The notes beneath the pieces were generated by a model. That model ran no database searches. It was not told the DNA's origin and worked only from the letters and a program-made list of their open reading frames with translations. Of a stretch of DNA of 64,000 nucleotides, positions 56,157 through 64,000 are shown in pieces (position 1 is the first letter of the stretch; every line of letters starts with the position of its first letter). Origin of the DNA: Promethearchaeia archaeon (lineage in GTDB: Archaea > Asgardarchaeota > Lokiarchaeia > Sigyniarchaeales > SOKP01). Both the position numbers and the translations under genes were made by a program. The stretch lies in assembly GCA_029856125.1 (NCBI GenBank), contig JAHQWJ010000120.1, forward strand, positions 1-64,000, in the 5' to 3' direction.

Positions 56157-57067
56157 CTTCTCTTATAAAAGGGTTGATCCTTGATCTCTGGAATTTTTAT
56201 CTGAGGAGCGTTTTCTCTTATATATTTAATAGATTTTATTGTATCATCTTTAGGTAATTCAAAGACAACAGGACCATCAAAATTCTTCTGATGGATTATA
56301 TTTAGAAATTCGGGGGGAAAATTCTTTCCAGCCCCTAAAGCTGCATGATCGGAAAACAAATTGTCCCCGTCGTAGTCTTGTAGGTGAATTTCGGCTGTTA
56401 TATCCAAATATTTTTCTGTAATTTCGAGGAGATCGTGATTTCCTGAGAATCCACCAAGCACATGTGCAGTATCTAAACATAGTTTTGTCTTCACTTTTTC
56501 AATAATTTTAATTGTAGCTTCTAAAGGAAATACAATATTTTCTATCGCGATTTTGCTTCTTTTTACACCAGTTTCTTCTATGAATCTCTCAATGCTTTCT
56601 ATAGCATTAATGCTAAATAATTCTGATGTAATTTGTTTAATCTGAGGGCTTTCGATAAATCCCATAACACTTGCAACCGTTTCACCAGTGGGATGCAAGA
56701 CATAGACATCTACATCGTCCTCTAATTCTATAATAGAATTGTAGGCATCTATTAAAGAATTAACACTTCCTTCACATATGAATTTATTTGGACCCCCAAG
56801 ATCTAAGCTTAAAAAAGGAAGATGTGCGGAATAGGTAATGTCGTATTCATTTTTGATTTCTTTTAATATTTTAATTTGATTCCTATCCATTGTAATTGGA
56901 AAAATCTGAAACAAATCCAACTGGATCTCAAAATGTTGATATCCTGCAGTTGCTGCGTTTTTAACGATATCAGAAAATTGGAAATCTGATAACCCTTTCA
57001 AACCTTTTTTAGCAAGGATTCCATCAATTAATAGATCATAAGTCAAAGGTGAAATTCCAAATCTCAT
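56153..57067 (-). CDS. Xylose-isomerase/AP-endonuclease-2-like TIM barrel (possibly CbiR-like)
   Basis: HLP, VLHP, IENI, LDTAH, EIHLQD, DH, VFE metal ligands. Confidence 0.75.
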   Translation of the reverse strand: MRFGISPLTYDLLIDGILAKKGLKGLSDFQFSDIVKNAATAGYQHFEIQLDLFQIFPITMDRNQIKILKEIKNEYDITYSAHLPFLSLDLGGPNKFICEGSVNSLIDAYNSIIELEDDVDVYVLHPTGETVASVMGFIESPQIKQITSELFSINAIESIERFIEETGVKRSKIAIENIVFPLEATIKIIEKVKTKLCLDTAHVLGGFSGNHDLLEITEKYLDITAEIHLQDYDGDNLFSDHAALGAGKNFPPEFLNIIHQKNFDGPVVFELPKDDTIKSIKYIRENAPQIKIPEIKDQPFYKRS

Positions 57068-57175
57068 ACTATAAAGTCAACAATTTTATACAATTTTATA
57101 TAATTGGTTAAAAGGGGCTTAGTTTTTAAATTTTAATTTCTTTCTTTCATCATCGTATAAACATAAACTTTTATC

Positions 57176-58351
57176 ATGACATTATCAAAAAGAGAACGAG
57201 TGATTAGGACATTAGAACTCGATGACAATATTGATATGCTCCCCGTTCATTATCTGGGTTTTGAATTTACTGCTAGTTCTTATCAAAAATTTCTAAAAAC
57301 TGAAGAATACAACAATAATAAAACCTTCATTGAAAATGATTTCTCTAAGGTAAAATATTGTTGGGCAGGAGATATTACTGAATTACGATTCTGGAATGTT
57401 GATTGCCATTCCATGGATCCATGGGGTCCTAAAAAATATAAAGAACCTACTAAACGTGCTCCCCCTGAATATCCAGATTGTATGATCAGTGCGCTTAATG
57501 GATGTGTGTGGAAACTGGTTAAACAAGTTGATACGGGTTTAGCTTACCTGTGGTATGTAGATGGACATTTTCGAACTCCAGAAATAGTTCACTATTATTG
57601 GGATAAATATGGAAAACCTTCAGAGCAGGTTAATGACAAGCTTAATTATACGCCTCAAATCTGGGATGGGTATGTAGATTCTCTAAAAAAGTATTTATAT
57701 CCGATGGCGTTCGTACCAGTGGCTATTCATGAGGCTCTATTTGAAGGGATGACAATGGGCCGTGTAGCCTATTATATGCGAAAAAATCCCCAATTTATCC
57801 ACGAGGTTCTTAGCGAGTATACTAAATTAAATATCGAAGTTATCAAACGTTTTCATGAAGCTGGAGTAGATATCGTTTTTTATTCAGACGATTTAGGTTT
57901 TAAAGGGCGCTCAATTTTATCAATTGATCAATTTAAGAAATTTATTTTACCTTATTATAAAAAGTTTTATAGCGCTTGTAAGCAACGAGGTATGTTTATC
58001 GTTCAACACTCTTGTGGCTATATTGATAAAAACTTACCATATATGGCAGAAGCAGGACTTAATTGTATTCAAGCACTTGAACCTGCTGCAGGTGTCGATT
58101 TGGCCAATTTAAAGCAAACTCTTGGTGATAAATTAAGTTTTATGGGAGGAATCGATTCAAGTCGGATTCTTAATTTTGGAACGCCAGACGATATTGTACA
58201 GGAGGTAAAACGCTGCGTGAAATCCGCAGGATTTAATGGTGGTTATTTTGTTGGTCCTAGCCATAATATTTTAACTACTTCTTGGGAAAATATTGTAGTA
58301 TTACGAGATGCAATTGAAAAATATAGAAAATATCCGTTAAATCTGAATTAA
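57176..58351 (+). CDS. UroD/MtaA-CmuA superfamily protein (close paralog of 50798-51958)
   Basis: SDDLG, QHSCG, LEPAAGVDL, GPSH. Confidence 0.85.
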   Translation: MTLSKRERVIRTLELDDNIDMLPVHYLGFEFTASSYQKFLKTEEYNNNKTFIENDFSKVKYCWAGDITELRFWNVDCHSMDPWGPKKYKEPTKRAPPEYPDCMISALNGCVWKLVKQVDTGLAYLWYVDGHFRTPEIVHYYWDKYGKPSEQVNDKLNYTPQIWDGYVDSLKKYLYPMAFVPVAIHEALFEGMTMGRVAYYMRKNPQFIHEVLSEYTKLNIEVIKRFHEAGVDIVFYSDDLGFKGRSILSIDQFKKFILPYYKKFYSACKQRGMFIVQHSCGYIDKNLPYMAEAGLNCIQALEPAAGVDLANLKQTLGDKLSFMGGIDSSRILNFGTPDDIVQEVKRCVKSAGFNGGYFVGPSHNILTTSWENIVVLRDAIEKYRKYPLNLN

Positions 58352-58380
58352 AAACCATCCGCAAACTAGAAGTAAGTTCC

Positions 58381-60516
58381 CTATTTTTTGAGAATTGCGA
58401 TTATCGGCGATAAAGGAGAGATTTCTACCTTAAATTGATAGATGTTTTTTGAACTTTGAGTTAATTTTATAGTAGAAATCTTTTGATTTATCCCATTATA
58501 AATTTCTATAGTACTAACATCTAGACCATATTTTATAGGATCAAGTTGGATTTCTATTATTTGACTCCGACTACTCAAATTGTAGGCTGTAATAACTCCT
58601 AATTTGTCAATTTCATCCACGTGAAGGTGGATATTTTGGCTAATACCGTAAAATATTCCCCGCGTTAAGAAGGGTTTAATTGTTTTATAAAGGGCCATCG
58701 CCTCTTTTAATACCATATATTTTACACTTTTTCTATCACTCAATCCTCCAATTCCCAAATGTCTCGCAAGAGAAGCGTACCACCAGAATTGTAGCATATT
58801 CTTGTTATCACTATTTTCATTTATATGCAAGTATAAGGGAATAGAATAGGCTAAATTGTATTCAAAAAGCTGCGTTGCCCTACCGGACAATAAATCGTGC
58901 ATCGGATTCCACATACATTCAAAACCCCAATTTTCGTCAAAACTGTGCGGAAGATTGTGTTGGTAATATAAGGGATGGCGGGGCCTAACTCCTCTATCGT
59001 GTGCTTCTATAAGAATTTGGGGAAAATTTTTCTTTACATTTTGGATGACTTTGAAAATGTTTTCAGCATGTGTATTTCTTAGCATTGGAACCTTATGCCC
59101 GTGATCCTTACTGAAACAACCAATATTATCCACCATAAATGTTGATAAATCAGTAAAGTCAAACATGAAAAAGTCTATTCCCTCTTTTGCGAGTTCCAAT
59201 ACTCTAGGAGTCTTTTCCTCAACCCAATGATTATTAGCACATAAACTAAACAGGTTAATATAAGGATCTGCTACAACTTTTACTCCCGTTTTGCTTCTTA
59301 AGTAAAACTCGTCGGGTTCGTCTTCTCCCTCAAAATTCATCATTAGATGCAGTGCTAATTTTAATCCATATCTCTCGTGGATATTTTGTGAGAATTCCTT
59401 TAAAGGACCAAATCTTTCTTCGTTCCAAATGGAAGAGCCTAAAGCGATATTCCACCCCGGATCTAAATACAAGCATTCAGCGCCAATATCTCGAGCTATT
59501 TCGGCCTCTTCATATAATTGTTCTAAGGTATAAACTTCGAATTCTATGCCTTTCACAAAAAACCCTGTCTTCTCGGATACCCATCCTAAGTTGTACAACT
59601 CATTCCAATGAACTGGAGGATTGTAGTCAGGTTTAAATTTGTGCCCATGCTCCTCAAGATGACTTCTATAAAGATAATATCCCTCTTTATAATCTCCTTG
59701 GTATACAGCATATCTAGTAACCCCAAATGAGTAGCTATTTTCTGGTTCTAAGGTTGTAGCTAGCTCCGGATTGCCCTCATATAAGGAAACTCCTCCGAAC
59801 ACGATATCAACATCCTCAGCACCTCTTCCAGGCAATGTGGTTGGAAGTCTATGAAATCGAGAATATTCCATTTGAGACGGATTGTATTTGCATATGAGTA
59901 ACCCTCCCTGCTTATTGCCCCACAACCACCCTTCAGAACAAAATCCAGGCATTTCTGCTTGTTTTTCAACCCAGGCCCCCAACAATATATCATTAGCACT
60001 AAAACTCTCCTTTCTTCGATCTTCTCCATATCCAAAATATCTTCGAGTTGGAATAGCGGTTAAAGTATACTCGTCTAAATTATCGACCCATCCCACATAT
60101 TGCTTAAAAAATTCTTTCTTAAACCCTAAATTAATCAATCCTATTCTGACTTTTTTACTTCCACGATTAATTAATGTGATTTTTTCGTCTAACCACTTGC
60201 TTCCTTTTTCAAGTATAAATTCGTGAGTAATTGAGATATTTGTTTCTGCAAATTTTCCTTCTATAATTAATCTGTCAGTTCCTTCCATTCGAATTTTTCT
60301 TGAAGACAACTTTTTGGCCTTATACTCGGATCCTAAATGAACTAAATAAGCGTAACGAGATCCCTTTTTACTTGAGGTTAAAATTCTATAATGGTATTCT
60401 TCGTCAGCATAAACTTTATTATTAATTTTGCTATAAAGGGTATAGTTAAATCCTCGATCGCCCTTATTTTGAACTTTTAATTCCCAATTTTGGTTTTCTA
60501 AGGTGTAATCGGTCAT
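58381..60516 (-). CDS. Putative glycoside hydrolase, GH36/clan-D alpha-galactosidase-like
   Basis: PVHWNE, GAECLYLDPGW, W..ERFG.L, GIDFFMFDF resemble the clan GH-D barrel; next to a GPH transporter. Confidence 0.6.
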   Translation of the reverse strand: MTDYTLENQNWELKVQNKGDRGFNYTLYSKINNKVYADEEYHYRILTSSKKGSRYAYLVHLGSEYKAKKLSSRKIRMEGTDRLIIEGKFAETNISITHEFILEKGSKWLDEKITLINRGSKKVRIGLINLGFKKEFFKQYVGWVDNLDEYTLTAIPTRRYFGYGEDRRKESFSANDILLGAWVEKQAEMPGFCSEGWLWGNKQGGLLICKYNPSQMEYSRFHRLPTTLPGRGAEDVDIVFGGVSLYEGNPELATTLEPENSYSFGVTRYAVYQGDYKEGYYLYRSHLEEHGHKFKPDYNPPVHWNELYNLGWVSEKTGFFVKGIEFEVYTLEQLYEEAEIARDIGAECLYLDPGWNIALGSSIWNEERFGPLKEFSQNIHERYGLKLALHLMMNFEGEDEPDEFYLRSKTGVKVVADPYINLFSLCANNHWVEEKTPRVLELAKEGIDFFMFDFTDLSTFMVDNIGCFSKDHGHKVPMLRNTHAENIFKVIQNVKKNFPQILIEAHDRGVRPRHPLYYQHNLPHSFDENWGFECMWNPMHDLLSGRATQLFEYNLAYSIPLYLHINENSDNKNMLQFWWYASLARHLGIGGLSDRKSVKYMVLKEAMALYKTIKPFLTRGIFYGISQNIHLHVDEIDKLGVITAYNLSSRSQIIEIQLDPIKYGLDVSTIEIYNGINQKISTIKLTQSSKNIYQFKVEISPLSPIIAILKK

Positions 60517-60739
60517 TTCTTCTCCCTTAATTTTGTTGTTATTTATTGGAATGTTTATTGATTCTTAGAATTATTTATACTTATTACCATTTAGATGCTA
60601 ATATTGCTTCAAGTTTAGACTTTTAGTCATTTTTAGCATAAAAAGTTCAGTATATATATATATAAGAAAAGTTGATTAGTATTAATCAAAATTTTTTATA
60701 AGAAAAACAAATAAAAAAAAATCTAAAATTGGTGTATTT

Positions 60740-62185
60740 ATGACTGAAAATGTAGAAACAACTTCAAGACATTCTTTTTTTACTTTTCTATCTTTTGGTA
60801 CGTACAATATCCTATGGACAATTCCAACAGCAACAATGAGTCTTTTCATGTTTTTTTTCTATCATACAGTTGTAGGTCTTGAGGCAGGTTGGATATTGAC
60901 TGTCGTTGCTATAAACACAATATGGGCTGGTCTTAACGACCCTTTAATAGGGTGGCTAACCGATCGAAATTTTAAGTGGACAAGAAAATGGGGTCGACGC
61001 TTTCCGTGGATAGCAATCGCTTTTATTCCGGAAGCGTTATCTCTAATCATGATATTTTCTCCTCCAGATCTACCGAAGAATATCGATGGTGTGCTGATAA
61101 ATCCTTTACCTGTGATGCTTTGGCTTTTGCTCTCTCTGTTCATATTTGATTTATTTGCTACGCTTGTTGATGTCCATACAGCTATCCTTCGTACAGATAA
61201 ATTTCGAACAGAAGCAGAAAGGAGGAAAGGTGCAGGATCCTGGGGTTTCTTTGACATGATCGCGCAAGTCCTTGGAATGATGATCCCACCACTTCTTATC
61301 TTTTTTGGAGCAACAATTTTATCCTACGCCGTTATGGCAGCAATTATTGCTTTAATAGCGATAATCTTTGGTATATTATTCGTTTTGAAGGGTGCTCGAG
61401 AGGATAAGATCATTATTGATCGATATTATTCTAGAGATTATGAACGACTGCATGTACTTAAAGGTGTATGGCAAGTAATTAAGCAGAAAAGTTTTATGGC
61501 TCTCTTTATTCATTATGTTCTATGGCTCGCGGCTACTGCCTCGCTAATGACTGGAATGATAGCGTACTTAGTAACATTTATCTTTCAATCTACTGATCCG
61601 GATGCAATGATTCCATTTCTCGCACTTTTTCTCTTGGGATCATTAATTTCTATTCCAGTTTGGCTCAAAATTCTTAAGAAAATGAATAACAATAAAAAAA
61701 CCTATCTTATCGGTAGTCTTTTATTAGTTATACTTACTGTGCCGATGACCTTTTTCCAAGGCGATATTTCTTTAATGATTATCATATTTTTGGTGGGTTT
61801 TGGAAATGGATGCGTGTGGACTATTGGGATGCCTGTATTATATTCGAACGCACAAGATGATTTTGTTGTGCGTACTGGGAAGAACCAGAAAGGTATTATG
61901 GTTGGTACTTGGGCGGTAATAGGACTCGTTACAGCCTTTATTGACGAAGCATTAATAGCATTGGTTTTTTTTATTACCGGATTTAATGCAGGACTAAAAG
62001 ATTATGCCGCTTTAGTTGCTTCTGGAGCAGATGTAGTACTTGTTCAATGGGGAATTCGTTTCCTACTAGGAGTTATCCCTGCGTTACTCATCTTAGCGGG
62101 CACATTGATCTTTTGGAAATTCTATCCACTTACGCAAGAAAAAGTTATGGAAAACAAAGCTAAGCTACTTGAACTTGGCTTTTAA
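60740..62185 (+). CDS. GPH-family (MelB-like) MFS glycoside:cation symporter
   Basis: NDPLIGWLTDR..WGRRFPW; C-terminal FYPLT. Confidence 0.88.
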   Translation: MTENVETTSRHSFFTFLSFGTYNILWTIPTATMSLFMFFFYHTVVGLEAGWILTVVAINTIWAGLNDPLIGWLTDRNFKWTRKWGRRFPWIAIAFIPEALSLIMIFSPPDLPKNIDGVLINPLPVMLWLLLSLFIFDLFATLVDVHTAILRTDKFRTEAERRKGAGSWGFFDMIAQVLGMMIPPLLIFFGATILSYAVMAAIIALIAIIFGILFVLKGAREDKIIIDRYYSRDYERLHVLKGVWQVIKQKSFMALFIHYVLWLAATASLMTGMIAYLVTFIFQSTDPDAMIPFLALFLLGSLISIPVWLKILKKMNNNKKTYLIGSLLLVILTVPMTFFQGDISLMIIIFLVGFGNGCVWTIGMPVLYSNAQDDFVVRTGKNQKGIMVGTWAVIGLVTAFIDEALIALVFFITGFNAGLKDYAALVASGADVVLVQWGIRFLLGVIPALLILAGTLIFWKFYPLTQEKVMENKAKLLELGF

Positions 62186-62238
62186 ACTATTTTTTTTATT
62201 TTTTTATTAGATTTTGTTTTCGAAATCCCATTTCATAA

Positions 62239-63366
62239 CTATAATGGATATTCCCCGTATTTCTTTGCAGCCGAGATCATCGTTAATACATTCTCTAGTT
62301 TGCATGAATTGGTAATATCTGTGCAAGCACTTAACATGTATCCCCCGCCTTTACCCGCGTCACTAATGCATTTTTTCACCGCATTTACAACTTCATCTTT
62401 TGTACCGTAAGGCAATAACTGAGAAACATCAATATTTCCTATTAAGCATAACTTATCTCCATATACTTCCTTTAAGTGTTTCAAATTCATACCAGCCATC
62501 GGTTCTAAAGATTCAACTGCGCTGAATCCTGCCTCGACCAGCCCATCAAAATATGGTTCCGTGAAACCATCTGAGTGAAAGCACACGTATTTGCCCGCTT
62601 TCCTTAAAATCTGGACGGCTTGCTTATAAGCGGGAATAATGAGTTCTCGATGGTATTTTGGGTTTAGCATTGTCGTATTTTTCAAAGCAGTATCATCACA
62701 CATAAAAAAAACATCAAAATCTGTTTCGGCGTTCAATTTAGCAGCTGTAATTAATTTTTTAGTCCTTAGCTCGATATAATGCTTAATTTTACTTCTTTTT
62801 TTCCGTATCAACTTGATTAATAGTCCCAACCCTAATCCCTGCCATAGAGGTTCTAAAATTGGCTCAATATGGCAACAAGGTACGAAATCTTCTGTTGGGA
62901 ATTTTCTTAATCGTTTATTAATGTTTTTAGCGAAATCTGGAGCTTCTTCCCATTCAATGGCGAAATATGTATCGTGAAAATAATCTGCTTTTTCTTCAGT
63001 GTCGATGTAATTTCTCAAATAATAAGCTATACCCATATCGTCATTATCCTGCTTTAAAAAAATTCTTCCATTGTAATCAATAAATTTATTATTATCCGGT
63101 AATTTCGGTAAAGGAAATTCTTGCATATGCTTCTGTGAAATAAATGTTGGAAAAGAATCAAAATTCCATGCCATATCAAAACCAAGTTTATACTCTAAAT
63201 TAAAATCTCGATAAGATAGCTTAAATTTCCTATCCCTTGTATATGAATCCCCCCAAAAATTCAGGAGTTCTCGCTGAAATCCTGGCATTATAATTTGACA
63301 AAAAAGTGGTATCCGATCAGGTTCTTCATGATTTAACGCTTGTATTACTCTTTTCCGAGCGCTCAT
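62239..63366 (-). CDS. UroD/MtaA-CmuA superfamily protein
   Basis: RVIQALNHEEPDRIP, CDD, FHSDG, GNID, GGGYML. Confidence 0.85.
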   Translation of the reverse strand: MSARKRVIQALNHEEPDRIPLFCQIIMPGFQRELLNFWGDSYTRDRKFKLSYRDFNLEYKLGFDMAWNFDSFPTFISQKHMQEFPLPKLPDNNKFIDYNGRIFLKQDNDDMGIAYYLRNYIDTEEKADYFHDTYFAIEWEEAPDFAKNINKRLRKFPTEDFVPCCHIEPILEPLWQGLGLGLLIKLIRKKRSKIKHYIELRTKKLITAAKLNAETDFDVFFMCDDTALKNTTMLNPKYHRELIIPAYKQAVQILRKAGKYVCFHSDGFTEPYFDGLVEAGFSAVESLEPMAGMNLKHLKEVYGDKLCLIGNIDVSQLLPYGTKDEVVNAVKKCISDAGKGGGYMLSACTDITNSCKLENVLTMISAAKKYGEYPL

Positions 63367-63466
63367 TATTCTTAACTCTCAACAATTCTAAAATGGCATA
63401 GATGGTAAAAGAACAAAATTTTTCCCCTAAATTAAATTTATCAATCTTCTAAATCTAATAAATTAC

Positions 63467-64000
63467 ATGGTAGTATTAATTGAGAAAAAATACCCCGTCT
63501 TTACAATTATTGTTGACAATCCTGAAGCTAAGAATGCCGTTGATGGACCTACTGCTCACGAGTTAAGCCAAGCATTTAGAAATTTTGAAAACGACGATAA
63601 AGCTTTAGTGGCTGTTTTATGGGGTGCGAATGGTACATTTTGTTCTGGTGCCGATTTAAAGGCGATAGCAACTGGTCGAGGAAATAGAATAAAAGAAAAA
63701 GGTGACGGTCCCATGGGACCAACGAGAATGCGTTTAAACAAACCTGTTATCGCAGCTATAGCAGGTTTTGCCGTTGCTGGCGGTTTAGAGCTTGCTTTAT
63801 GGTGTGATATGCGCGTTGTTGAGAAAGATGCAATTTTTGGCGTGTTTTGTCGTAGGTTTGGAGTACCACTCGTGGATGGGGGGACAGTACGATTACCAAG
63901 GCTTATTGGCTTAAGTCGTGCTTTAGATATGATTTTAACGGGGCGACCAGTAAATGCTGAAGAAGCTTTAACTTGGGGGTTAGCGAATCGAGTAGTAGAT
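63467..64000 (+). CDS. Enoyl-CoA hydratase/crotonase, truncated by window edge
   Basis: Manual translation MVVLIEKKYPVFTIIVDNPEAKNAVDG...FCSGADL...AGGLELALWCDMRV...DGGTVRLPRLIG. Confidence 0.9.
   Translation, partial: MVVLIEKKYPVFTIIVDNPEAKNAVDGPTAHELSQAFRNFENDDKALVAVLWGANGTFCSGADLKAIATGRGNRIKEKGDGPMGPTRMRLNKPVIAAIAGFAVAGGLELALWCDMRVVEKDAIFGVFCRRFGVPLVDGGTVRLPRLIGLSRALDMILTGRPVNAEEALTWGLANRVVD

Overview
AT-rich, gene-dense archaeal chromosomal segment, most consistent with an Asgard archaeon of the Lokiarchaeia type (inference from archaeal-type LeuRS, an Sm/Lsm protein, a BHB-intron tRNA, a Rab-like GTPase, three longin-like domains and an expanded UroD/MtaA family). Most of the window is anaerobic metabolism: AOR with two MoaD-like proteins, Lpd, glycerate kinase, two ACD alpha subunits, two thiolases, crotonases, a B12 mutase, a 2-oxoacid:ferredoxin oxidoreductase operon and ThiC, plus leuS and valS. 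No CRISPR array, rRNA, integrase or transposase was seen. Main highlights: (1) an unannotated 30-codon leucine-rich uORF ending LLQTLLQLLL, inside a foldable leader followed by a U-tract directly upstream of leuS, suggesting bacterial-style leader-peptide attenuation in an archaeon; (2) two tandem 7TM-longin fusion genes next to a Rab-like GTPase, a candidate receptor-GEF/GTPase module sitting between a thiolase and its DUF35 partner; (3) a cluster of a mu-homology-like/Ig protein (frameshifted in a poly-Glu tract), a BBS2-like beta-propeller and a longin protein; (4) a circularly permuted PorB with a split TPP-binding motif; (5) tRNA-Arg(CCT) with two BHB introns; (6) duplicated cold-shock genes with a conserved 3' element. 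Family assignments are by motif recognition only; no searches were run.
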